From an uncultured Phycisphaerales bacterium (GTDB taxonomy: Bacteria; Planctomycetota; Phycisphaerae; Tepidisphaerales; Tepidisphaeraceae): a stretch of 64,000 bases of DNA. The translations under genes and the position numbers were made by a program. The notes under the pieces were generated by a model. That model saw nothing but the letters and a program-made list of their open reading frames with translations, searched no databases and had not been told where the DNA came from. The number at the start of each line of letters is the position of its first letter. The first letter of the stretch is position 1. Location of the stretch: contig CAVWLP010000002.1 of assembly GCA_963755915.1 (NCBI GenBank), positions 768,001-832,000 on the forward strand, written 5' to 3'. Shown here piece by piece: positions 11,099 through 20,306 of this stretch.

Positions 11099-12050
11099 AG
11101 TCACACTCCTTTGCTGCGGAGATGAAGGGTATGCCATGCCGCTGACGGTCATGGCGTGCAGTGCTGCGCTGAACCTTTCGCGGGATTGGGATCTGCGGAT
11201 TTATTTCATGGATGGGGGTGTGTCGGCGGCGTCGCGGGGGCGGATGGAGGAGAAAATTCACGCGCTGCCGAACGTGAAGCTGCATTGGCATACGATCGAC
11301 CTGGCGCATTTCCGCGAGCTGCCGGTGCTGAGGCGGGTGAACAGCACGATGTATATCCGGCTGCTGATGGATGAGATTTTGCCGACGGATATCGAGCGGC
11401 TGGTTTATCTCGACGGGGACATGCTGGTGGAGGGGGATTTATCCGAGCTTTATCGGGAGGATTTTGCGGGGGCGACGTTGATGGCGGTTTGTGATTACGG
11501 GTCGTCGATTCTGCGCGATGAGCTGCCGATTCCGGGGGTGGAGGCGGCGCAACGGCGGAATGTGCCGTATTTCAATTCGGGGATGCTGCTGATCAATATG
11601 AAGCCGTGGCGAGAGGAGCGCGTGGGGCGAGCGGTGCTGGATTATGTGAGCAAATTTAGGTCGATCGTGAAGTTTCCGGACCAGGATGGGCTTAACGCGG
11701 TGCTGTTTGGGAAATGGAAGCAGCTTGATCTGGCGTGGAATGCGCAGGTGGACAACCTGGTGAATACCGCGCAGCTTGCGAATACTGCTGTCGATGAAGA
11801 GGTGCGGCGGCGGAGGGAGGAGCTGCTTTATCATCCGAAGATTCAGCATTATGCGGGGAGGAAGAAGCCTTGGGGGCCGGGGAGATTCAAGCCGGTGAGG
11901 GGGCGGTTTGTGCATTATCTGCACGCGAGCGGGTGGTTTGATACGGGGGATTTAATTAGGTTTCATGCGGGCTGGGTAGTTTCGACCGGCCGGATGGCAG
12001 TGCGAGAGATGCGAAAGAAGCTGTTGAAACAGGACGGCGGGAAACAATGA
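11070..12050 (+). CDS. Glycosyltransferase family 8
   Basis: YIRLL, VYLDGD, YFNSGMLLIN, DQDGLN, HYAGRKKPW. Confidence 0.95.
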   Translation: MDQRAKSRPEVTLLCCGDEGYAMPLTVMACSAALNLSRDWDLRIYFMDGGVSAASRGRMEEKIHALPNVKLHWHTIDLAHFRELPVLRRVNSTMYIRLLMDEILPTDIERLVYLDGDMLVEGDLSELYREDFAGATLMAVCDYGSSILRDELPIPGVEAAQRRNVPYFNSGMLLINMKPWREERVGRAVLDYVSKFRSIVKFPDQDGLNAVLFGKWKQLDLAWNAQVDNLVNTAQLANTAVDEEVRRRREELLYHPKIQHYAGRKKPWGPGRFKPVRGRFVHYLHASGWFDTGDLIRFHAGWVVSTGRMAVREMRKKLLKQDGGKQ

Positions 12051-13287
12051 ACATTGTGCAGATTGCCGTCATCACGTTCATTGTCCTGGACGGGGTGGTG
12101 TGGATTCGGTTTCATGGGATGCTGCGGCAGATGCGGCGGCGGCGCGTGTGGCAGGCGGCGCTGGGGGCGGGGATGGCGGTGGTGGTTTCGTTCGTGGTGA
12201 TACTGGGGATTTCGAATCCGACGGTTTTTCGGCATCATCAGGTAATCCCGCAGTGGTTTCCGGCGGCGATTTTTATCTGGCATTTTTTGATTTTGCCGGT
12301 GACGGTGGGGGCGATTTTTTTGGAGGGGGTGGGGAGGATTTTTTTTAGAAGGTCTCGCGGTGGGAGCACAAAAAAAGAACCCCCTCCCCTGCCCTCCCCC
12401 GGAGTACCGGGGGCGGGGGAAATAAGGGGAAGAGGGGAAAGAGGGGAGGAAAGTGGGATTTCTCGGCGGAGATTTTTGACGGGGGCGGTGATGATGGCGC
12501 CGCCGATTGCTACGTTTGGGCTGGCGGGAATGGGGGTGGAGACGCTGGGGGATTTTCGGATCAGGCGGTATGACCTGGCGATTCATGGGTGGCCGAAGGG
12601 GCTGGATGGGTTCACGATGGCGCTGGTGGCGGATGTGCACGCGGGGGTTTTTTCTTCGCAGAAGATGCTGGAGACAATCGCGACGGCGACGAATGATCTG
12701 CGGGCGGAACTGATCCTGCTGGGGGGAGACCTGATCAATATTTCGCATTCGGATCTTTCGAGCGCACTGGACATGGTTTGCCGGCTCGATTCGCCGAACG
12801 GAGTGTACATGATTCAGGGGAATCATGATGTGATCCAGGGGCGCAGAGTTTTAACGATGCGTGCGCGGCGCGGGGGGTGCCGCTGCTGCTGAATGATGGG
12901 GTGACGATTTTTCCGCGGGGGATCGCGATTCAATTGCTGGGGATTATCTGGACCACGCGCGGATATGAGCAGCATCAGGCGGTGCTCGATACGCTGGCAA
13001 AGCGCGAGGCGGAGCTGTTTCCGATTTTGCTGGCGCATCATCCGCATGCGTGGGACGTGGCGGCGGAGAATGGAGTGCCGCTGGTGCTTTCGGGGCATAC
13101 GCATGGGGGACAAATCATGCTGACAAAGAGGATTGGGGCCGGGCCGCTGCGGTTTCGGTATTGGTCGGGGTTGTATGAGAAGCCGGGGTCGAGGCTGATC
13201 GTGTCGAACGGGGTGGGGGACTGGTTTCCGCTGCGGGTTAACGCGCCGGCGGAAATTGTGCATATCACGATGCATCCCGGGGTTTAA
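12047..13287 (+). CDS. Membrane-anchored metallophosphoesterase (YkuE-like; frameshift near 12840)
   Basis: Three N-terminal TM helices, SRRRFL, DVHAG, GGDLI, GNHD, LAHHP, LSGHTHGGQ. Confidence 0.9.
12380..12419 (+). repeat. REP-like palindrome family A (CCCTCCCCCGGAGTACCGGGGG), in frame inside the CDS
   Basis: Matches copies at 13355, 16355 and 62744; read as PPPLPSPGVPGAG. Confidence 0.85.
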
Positions 13288-13354
13288 GAAACTTTCGAGA
13301 ATTAAATATTGCGCCGAGGGGATTGCGCAAATTGTTCGGCACTTAAAACATCGG

Positions 13355-13421
13355 CCCCCACCCCTGCCCTACCCTCTTCGAGCCACGCCTCAGAGCCAAA
13401 GGCCGGAGTACCAGGGGAGGG
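13355..13421 (+). repeat. REP-like family A copy carrying a 29-30 bp hairpin insertion (13374-13403)
   Basis: Aligns to 62744-62783 once CTCTTCGAGCCACGCCTCAGAGCCAAAGGC is removed. Confidence 0.8.
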
Positions 13422-13533
13422 AAAGAAGAGCGGGGCGTAAAAAGTTGTCCAAATTTACATTTTGCGCCGCGGCAATTTTTGTCGTTTCATTCGTGCTTCA
13501 TTGTTGTTTCTTTAGATTGTCCGAAGCCAACTC

Positions 13534-15174
13534 GTGGTCAGTGGGGCTTTGGAGCAACTCATCAGCACGCTTGAAGCGGAAAATCTCGCAGCAGCGTCGC
13601 CGGGTACATCAGCGCCCGTGCGGCGAACTTGGCCGATAGTCCTGTACGGCGCGGTGGCGGCTGCGCTTATCGCGGTGGGAATTCTGGTGCGGCTGCGGAT
13701 TTACCTGGCGGACCTTTCACTCTGGCGCGATGAAGCAGCGCTGACGCTGAACATTATTCAGAAATCGTTTCGCCAACTTTTTGGGCCGCTGGATTATGAC
13801 CAGGGTGCGCCGGTTGGATTCCTGATGATCCAGAAGCTGGTGGTGACGCTGCGCGGGGATGGGGAGATGGCGCTGCGGTTTTGGCCGGTGACGGCATCGA
13901 TCCTGGCGATTCCGATTTTCTTCGCGGCGTGCTATCGAATCGTGGAGGCGCGGGCGGCGATTTTCGCGCTGGCGTTTTTCGCGCTGGCGACCGATCGGAT
14001 GGACTATTGGGCGGACAACAAACAATATTCGACGGATTGCCTGACAACGGTTTTCCTGCTGCTGATGGCGTCGCGGGCGATGACCGCGGGGGATGATTTT
14101 CTGTCGATCCGGCGACTGCGGTGGCTGGCGATGGCGGGAGCGATCGCAATTTGGTTTTCGCATCCGTCGATTTTTGTGCTGGCCGGGATTTTTTGTGCAC
14201 TGGGGATTCGATGGATCGGGCAGCGCCCGCGGCAGAAATTGGGTGGGTTGCTCCTGCTTGCCGGAGCGTGGGGGGTGAGTTTTCTGCTGGATTATTTCCT
14301 GTGCCTGAGCAAACTGACGAAGAGCAGTTACCTTCAGCATTACTGGTCGGCGATCGCGGGGGCGTTTGCACCGGCGCCGGATTCGATGGCGGGGCTGATT
14401 TGGTATAAGCGGTCTTTCCTGGAACTGTTCAACAATTTCTCGATCGAGTTTGAAGGTTTGGCGGCGGTGATGTTTCTGCTGGGGCTTTATGAGCTTTATC
14501 GGCGCGGGCGGCATTGGCCGGTGCTGTTGGGAACGCCGATTATGGCGGCGCTGGCGGCGTCGGCGCTGCACCAATATCCGTTTGACTGGCGGCTGCTGAT
14601 CTTCGCGTTGCCGTTGACGACGATGATCGTGGCGGCGGGGCTGTGTTTCTTCAAGGGGCAGATGCGGCTGGTGCAGATGATCGCGGTGGCGATGCTGCTG
14701 ATCTCTCCGGTGAGCAAAACGCTTTCCGCGCTGAAGCGGCCGCAGGCGGATTGCAACATGCGGGGCGCCGTGGCGTTCATCGCCCAGCATAAGCAAAGCG
14801 GGGACTTGGTTTACCTGTTTCAGTCGGCCCGGTACGACTACCTGTATTATCAGCCGAAGTATGGGCTGACGGATTTGAAATACGTGGTGAGTCCGGAGCG
14901 TTCTTCGAGTGTGAGCGAGTGGGCGAACGAGCTGGCACAATTTAAGACGGGGCGATTGTGGATTTTGGAGGAGGATCCGTTCGTTGCGGATGTGGACCGG
15001 GAGAGCGAATTCGCGGCGCAGCAGCCGCTGGTGGCGAACTTCCTGGACGCGACGGGGCGGATGCTGTGGAAGCACCGGACTTTCAACGAATTTGTGGCAT
15101 GCTACGATTTGACGCCTGAGGCGCGATTGAGCGACGCATTTGAAGCGGCCGATCACAACGCCCCGGGCAAATGA
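13534..15174 (+). CDS. GT-C fold (PMT/ArnT-like) membrane glycosyltransferase
   Basis: SLWRDEA, APVGF, ALRF and KQY motifs; many TM helices. Confidence 0.8.
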   Translation: MVSGALEQLISTLEAENLAAASPGTSAPVRRTWPIVLYGAVAAALIAVGILVRLRIYLADLSLWRDEAALTLNIIQKSFRQLFGPLDYDQGAPVGFLMIQKLVVTLRGDGEMALRFWPVTASILAIPIFFAACYRIVEARAAIFALAFFALATDRMDYWADNKQYSTDCLTTVFLLLMASRAMTAGDDFLSIRRLRWLAMAGAIAIWFSHPSIFVLAGIFCALGIRWIGQRPRQKLGGLLLLAGAWGVSFLLDYFLCLSKLTKSSYLQHYWSAIAGAFAPAPDSMAGLIWYKRSFLELFNNFSIEFEGLAAVMFLLGLYELYRRGRHWPVLLGTPIMAALAASALHQYPFDWRLLIFALPLTTMIVAAGLCFFKGQMRLVQMIAVAMLLISPVSKTLSALKRPQADCNMRGAVAFIAQHKQSGDLVYLFQSARYDYLYYQPKYGLTDLKYVVSPERSSSVSEWANELAQFKTGRLWILEEDPFVADVDRESEFAAQQPLVANFLDATGRMLWKHRTFNEFVACYDLTPEARLSDAFEAADHNAPGK

Positions 15175-16258
15175 GCAAATCGTCTTTCCTTCGTTTTGTC
15201 GGACACCGCTATCGCGAGGCGCTGGTTCATGTTGAGAGGGTTTCGCAGCCCTCGTCGCGGCGGCGCGCGGTTTTTTTCCCCTCGCAGATGCCGGCGGAGG
15301 GGGGATCGTCGCTGCTGCGGGCGTTTAACGTTGCCAGGGCGCTGCGGGGGATGGGGTGGCGGACGAGCGTGGTGCCGCCACAGTGCGGGCTGGTGCAGCG
15401 GCGGAGGATTTTGCGGATGGAGAAGCCGGACGTGATCGTCTTGCAGATGCAGCGGCATCCGTTGAACCGGCCGAAGTTTTATGAGGGGTATCCGGCCGTT
15501 TTTGACATTGACGATGCGGATTTTCTGGATGAGAAATGCGTGGATGCGGTGAGGGAATGCTGCGAAGGAGCGGCGGCGGTGACGGCGGGGAGCCGGTTTG
15601 TCGCGGACTGGTGCGGGAAATACAACAAGAATGTCAGCGTGATCTGGACGGCGGCAACGGTGCCGGCAGCTCGACCGGAGCCGCGGCCGCGGGATCGCAA
15701 GCCGATCGTTACGTGGCGCAGTCGGTTCCGGACCGGTATCCGGCGGAGAGGGCGCTGGTGATCGAAATCATCACAGCGCTGGCGCGGCAGAATATCCCGT
15801 TCGATTTCTGGCTGTATGGGGTGGCGGAGAAATCGGGGATTTCGGATCTGCTTTGGGCGGCGGAGAAGGCGCACGTTCCCGTCAAGACGCATCCGTTTCT
15901 CGCGTATCCGCAGTTTATCGAATCGCTGTCGCAGGTGGCGGTGGGCTTGCAGCCGATCGCGATGGAGTCGCCCTTCAGCCGGGGGAAATCGTTTGGGAAG
16001 GTTCTGGCGTACCTGGCGGCGGATGTGGCGGTGGTGGCATCGGATGCGCTGGATCATCCGCTGTTTTTCAGGAATGGGGAGAATGGGATGCTGGCGAATA
16101 CCGCCGAGGATTGGGTGGAGAATACGGCGCGGCTGCTCCAGGATATGGAGTTGCGGCAGCGGCTGACGGATCGGGCGTGGGAGGATTTTGGGAAGGAATT
16201 GTCGACGAAGGCGGCGGCGCGAAAGCTGGCTACGGTGCTGGGAGAAATTCGGAGATGA
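15171..16258 (+). CDS. GT-B (GT4-like) glycosyltransferase (frameshift near 15715)
   Basis: VFDIDDADF; VGLQP..FSRGKSFGKVLAY..VVASD; GENGMLA. Confidence 0.8.
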
Positions 16259-16283
16259 GGGGCGGAAGTCTGTCGGCGTTCGG

Positions 16284-16394
16284 CCCCCACCCCTACCCTC
16301 CCCGCGTGCGCGAGAGAGTAGGACGGTAGAAAGTAGAGCAGTAGAGAAACTTGGCCCCTACCCTAACTCTCCCCCGGCGTACCAGGGGAGGGGG
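16284..16394 (+). repeat. Two REP-like family A copies separated by GTAGA-rich short repeats
   Basis: cccccacccctaccctccccgcgtgcgcgagagag and cccctaccctaactctcccccggcgtaccaggggagggg. Confidence 0.8.
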
Positions 16395-16409
16395 AGTTGG
16401 TCGGACGAA

Positions 16410-16997
16410 TTATCGTTTCGCAAAACTTTTCCTGTGTCGTGTCATGATTCCGATTCCAGCGACGGTCAATAGTCCGAGAGATGCGGGTTCGGGGACGGCG
16501 GTAACGCTGACGTCGTCGAGGAAGACGCCCGAATTTGCCGTCGTGAAGGAGAGCACGGTGGATGAGCTGGTTGCGCTAAGGTTGTCGTAAGTGGCGGGAA
16601 CCCAGCCAGCGGTTGAAGTGTCCGAAATCGTTTCGGTGGTGCTGCCGAAGTCGATGGTGGTGGGATCGAGTACCTCGACTTCATAGTAGAAAGAGAGATC
16701 GTAATCGGCTCCGGATTGCGTTGTGAGGGTTTGCTGGATGGTTGAAGTGTCACCATCGGGTGCGATTTCAACGTAGTCATTGCCTGAGTGGGCGTCGCCG
16801 GGGAGATCAGCGACGTAGGTCGTGCCCTGGGAAACCTGCCAATCACCGCTGGAAAGACTACTCGGCGCGGAGACGAAACCCGATGTATCGGATTCAAACC
16901 CGGGATCCTGAACGATATTTTGAGCGCGTGCCGCCGGGACGGAGACGGCGATGACGGTTGCTGCAAGCAGCGAGCCGAGAGGTGTAGAGCTTCGCAT
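16410..16997 (-). CDS. PEP-CTERM protein with CBM/DUF642-like domain
   Basis: Signal peptide, NIVQDPGFES, LDDVSVTAVPEPASLGLLTVAGIGIMTRHRK. Confidence 0.85.
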   Translation of the reverse strand: MRSSTPLGSLLAATVIAVSVPAARAQNIVQDPGFESDTSGFVSAPSSLSSGDWQVSQGTTYVADLPGDAHSGNDYVEIAPDGDTSTIQQTLTTQSGADYDLSFYYEVEVLDPTTIDFGSTTETISDTSTAGWVPATYDNLSATSSSTVLSFTTANSGVFLDDVSVTAVPEPASLGLLTVAGIGIMTRHRKSFAKR

Positions 16998-17443
16998 TTG
17001 ATACCTTTCCCTTCTCAGATGAGTCGTTCGCGCCTGCCCGCCCACTGCGTCGCGAAGAACCCGGTCTTCCCTTGGCGACCACCACGTTGGCGTGTCGCAG
17101 GTTTCCCTTCCCTTTCTCAAAACAGGAACGGAAATCACGGGTTGGAACGCTACAAAAAATGCGAACTCGCCTTCAAGCGAAATTGCGGGGTTTTTGGCCG
17201 GAAAGCAAATAAATTTTGTTGAGCCTTTTCGCGGCAAGAGCTTAGATCGCTCATAGATGAAACTTGCTTTTGAGCGAATGGCAAATGCATTGTCGCGATT
17301 GTTTCGGAGCGTGTCGCAAAGAGCCCCTTTCGAATTTGATAAGTTGGATAAGATTTCGCCTTTGGGCTGCGATTTGCGCAGCCACGAATCATCGCGGCAA
17401 ATCTTCGACGGTTAGAGGAGGGTCGAGGAGCGATCTCTTTCGG

Positions 17444-17887
17444 TCAGCTCTTTTTCTCGAAATCGCGCAGCTTATCGACGCGGCGGGTGTGGCGGCCTTC
17501 GCCGAACGGGGTGGCGAGGAAGATTTCCACGATCCGCTTGATCTGGTCTTCGCTGAGCAGGTCGGTGCCGAGGCACAGGACGTTGCAGTGGTTGTGCTCG
17601 CGGGCGCGGTGGGCGGTGATTTCGTCGTGAACGAGTCCGGCGCGGATTTCCCTGACCTTGTTGGCGGCGACGGACATGCCGATGCCGCTTCCGTCGAGGA
17701 GGATTCCCATTTCGTGAGTTCCGGCGGCGACGGCCTGGGCGGCGGGGATGGCGAAATCGGGGTAATCGACGGCGGCGGTGCCTTCGCAGCCGAAGTCCTG
17801 CACCTCATGCCCCAGCTTTTTGAGCAGGGGGATGAGCTTTTTCTTGGCGTCAAACCCTCGATGATCGCAGGCAATAGCAATGTTCAT
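17444..17887 (-). CDS. rpiB: Ribose 5-phosphate isomerase B
   Basis: IAIACDHRG, VDYPD, GSGIGMSVAANKV, AREHNHCNVLCLG, GRHTRRV. Confidence 0.95.
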   Translation of the reverse strand: MNIAIACDHRGFDAKKKLIPLLKKLGHEVQDFGCEGTAAVDYPDFAIPAAQAVAAGTHEMGILLDGSGIGMSVAANKVREIRAGLVHDEITAHRAREHNHCNVLCLGTDLLSEDQIKRIVEIFLATPFGEGRHTRRVDKLRDFEKKS

Positions 17888-17918
17888 CCACGTCTCTCCA
17901 TTCCCACCGAAATTCGAA

Positions 17919-19031
17919 TCACGCGACGACTCCGGATGCGAGGCGCTGCTCGATAAGCGTTTTAATGCGTTGGGCGACTTCTGTGTAGAGGGGCAGATCT
18001 CCGCCGATGGGGTCTTCGATGTCGGCGGCGGGGTCGAGGTTGGAGACCTTTGTCGCCGCCGCCGGAACCAGCGAGATGACGGCCTGGGCGTGGTTCTGGC
18101 TCATGGTATAGATCGCGTCCGCCTGGTGGATGAGTTCCACGGTGAGGGGGCGGGAGCGATGTTTGGACAGATCGGCGCCCATGGCCCGCATGGCTTCGAT
18201 AGCGGGCGCCGCGGCGCGGGCGCCGGGCAGGGCGAAGCTTCCGGCGGAAATGACGCTGATGCCTTTTTTCTCGAGATCGTCGGGGGCGATGGACATTTGG
18301 TCGGCCAACAGTTTTCGGGCGATCGCTTCCGCCATGGGCGAGCGGCAGGTGTTTCCGCTGCATACAAACAGAATTGTGGTGCGAAGTAGTCTATCGATAA
18401 TGCGTTCGTCGTAAACGCCGCTGCGGACGATCTGGTAGGAATTTTCCTTAACCCTGACGAGGGTGGAAGGCTTGGAAAAGCGGGTAGGCCCGGCGTCGCA
18501 GACCATCTCAACCTGGGCGAGGATTTCCTCCGGCAACTCGGAGATGCGCTGCAGCGCGCCGCCGGTGGAGGTGAGGGCGACGGGGCCGGTTACTTTTGAG
18601 ACGATGTCAAAGAAGACGGGGTTGTCGGGGCAGCGGAGGGTGATGAGGGAGCCATCGTAAAGATCGTTTTCCTGGAAGCCGATTTTGGCGGCGACATCTT
18701 TGCGGCGCTGGGCGGGGACTTCGAAGATGAGGCCGATGGGTCCGGGCCAGAGTTTTCGCATGGCCCGCCTGGCGAAATCGTTTACGGAGCCGAGATAGGC
18801 AAAGGCGTCTTCGGCGCGTGCGAGGTGGATGGTGAAGGGTTTGCTGCCGGTGAGGCCGCGGACCTGGGCGAGGCCGGCGCGGGCTTCGGCGCTGGAAAGG
18901 AGGCCGGCGACGGCATAGACGGTGTCGGTCGGGAGGACGAGGAGCCTTCCGGCGGCGAGGAGTTCGGCGGCGCGGGCGATTTCCTGTGGATAGTCGGGCG
19001 CACCAAGCATTTGCACAATCTGCGCTTGCAT
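17919..19031 (-). CDS. TsaC/Sua5-like domain fused to low-molecular-weight protein phosphatase (YwlE-like)
   Basis: LPTDTVY, LWPGP and KPSTLV, followed by FVCSGNTCRSPMAE and IEDPIGG. Confidence 0.9.
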   Translation of the reverse strand: MQAQIVQMLGAPDYPQEIARAAELLAAGRLLVLPTDTVYAVAGLLSSAEARAGLAQVRGLTGSKPFTIHLARAEDAFAYLGSVNDFARRAMRKLWPGPIGLIFEVPAQRRKDVAAKIGFQENDLYDGSLITLRCPDNPVFFDIVSKVTGPVALTSTGGALQRISELPEEILAQVEMVCDAGPTRFSKPSTLVRVKENSYQIVRSGVYDERIIDRLLRTTILFVCSGNTCRSPMAEAIARKLLADQMSIAPDDLEKKGISVISAGSFALPGARAAAPAIEAMRAMGADLSKHRSRPLTVELIHQADAIYTMSQNHAQAVISLVPAAATKVSNLDPAADIEDPIGGDLPLYTEVAQRIKTLIEQRLASGVVA

Positions 19032-19090
19032 CTTCAAGTTTGATTATCTGCCCCAAACCGCCAATCTTCAAGGTGGGGTTAAGAGCGAGA

Positions 19091-19119
19091 AGCGCACCCC
19101 TGCGGGGTTGCGGCTAAAC
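19091..19119 (+). repeat. REP-like family B (AGCGCACCCCTGCGGGGTTGCGGCTAAAC)
   Basis: Second copy at 29104-29153, which carries an insertion. Confidence 0.7.
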
Positions 19120-19210
19120 GGGGGCGCGGGGCGTCGCGTGATTGCGGTCGGCTATATTGCGGGGCGGGGGATTATATCCACGGGTTTCCGTCTTAGAAGT
19201 GGTAGAATTT

Positions 19211-20305
19211 ATGCAGATGCTTGCCCCCCCCCTGGCGATCGCAGACGTCCGGAGTTTTGTGGATGAGGTGTTTTCCGGCGCCATGCGCGGGCGGGCGTCG
19301 GATATTCATGTCGAGCCGGGGCAGGAGGGATATGAAGTCCGGCTGAGGATCGACGGGGTTCTGGAGACGACACAGAGGGTGCCGGTGGAGACGGGGCGGG
19401 CGGTCGTGACCCGGTTGATGGTGATGGCCAACCTGCTGACGTATCGGCTCGATGTGCCGCAGGAGGGGCGGATTTCGCTATCGAATGCCGAGGTGCGCCT
19501 GGCGGTGATGCCGACGATCCATGGGATGCGGGCGGCGATCCGGATGCCGGCCGACCATGTTCAGCCGGCGGTACTTCAGGATTTGGGGCTGCCGGCAAAT
19601 GTGCTTGGCGGGCTGGTGAATTTCGCGGCCAGCGAGTGTGGGATGCTGATTCTTACGGGGCCGGCGGGGTCAGGCAAAACCACGACGATCTATGCGCTGC
19701 TGCGGCATATCGCCAGCACAAATCCCGGGCTAAGCATTATCGCGCTGGAGGACCCGGTGGAGCGGAATGTTCCGGGAGTTACGCAGATTGAAGTCTCTCC
19801 ATTTGGACAGCTCACCTATGAGAAAGCGCTGCGGAGCATTTTGCGCCAGGACCCACAGGTTTTAATGCTGGGAGAAGTGCGCGATGCGGCGACGGCGTCG
19901 CTGGCGGTGCAGGCGGCACTTTCGGGGCACCGGCTGATTACGGCGCTGCACGCGGCGACGCCGGCGGGGGCGATCGCGCGGCTGCTGGAGATGAACATTG
20001 AGCCATATCAACTGACGAGTAGCATTCACAGTATTGTGTCGCAGCGGTTGATTCGGCGGGTGGGTAACTCGAGGGGTGTATACAGCGGGCGGGTTCCGGT
20101 TGCCGAGTACGTTTATATGGACAGGGACCTCAGATCGGCGGTTTTGGGGAAGTGCGACGCCGAGCGGCTGGCTCGCGCATATCAGGGCCAAAGCACCTGG
20201 CGGGCGATGCGTGACGTTGCCCAATCGCTTGTCACGCAAGGAATTACGGACGAATCGGAATTCCGTCGCACCTTTGCGGCTGCGGCGATGTTTAAGGAGG
20301 GATGA
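19211..20305 (+). CDS. GspE/PulE-family assembly ATPase, minimal form
   Basis: ASDIHVEP, VPQEGR, GPAGSGKTTT, LEDPVE, LRQDPQVLMLGEVRD, AALSGHRLITALH. Confidence 0.92.
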   Translation: MQMLAPPLAIADVRSFVDEVFSGAMRGRASDIHVEPGQEGYEVRLRIDGVLETTQRVPVETGRAVVTRLMVMANLLTYRLDVPQEGRISLSNAEVRLAVMPTIHGMRAAIRMPADHVQPAVLQDLGLPANVLGGLVNFAASECGMLILTGPAGSGKTTTIYALLRHIASTNPGLSIIALEDPVERNVPGVTQIEVSPFGQLTYEKALRSILRQDPQVLMLGEVRDAATASLAVQAALSGHRLITALHAATPAGAIARLLEMNIEPYQLTSSIHSIVSQRLIRRVGNSRGVYSGRVPVAEYVYMDRDLRSAVLGKCDAERLARAYQGQSTWRAMRDVAQSLVTQGITDESEFRRTFAAAAMFKEG

Positions 20306-20306
20306 T

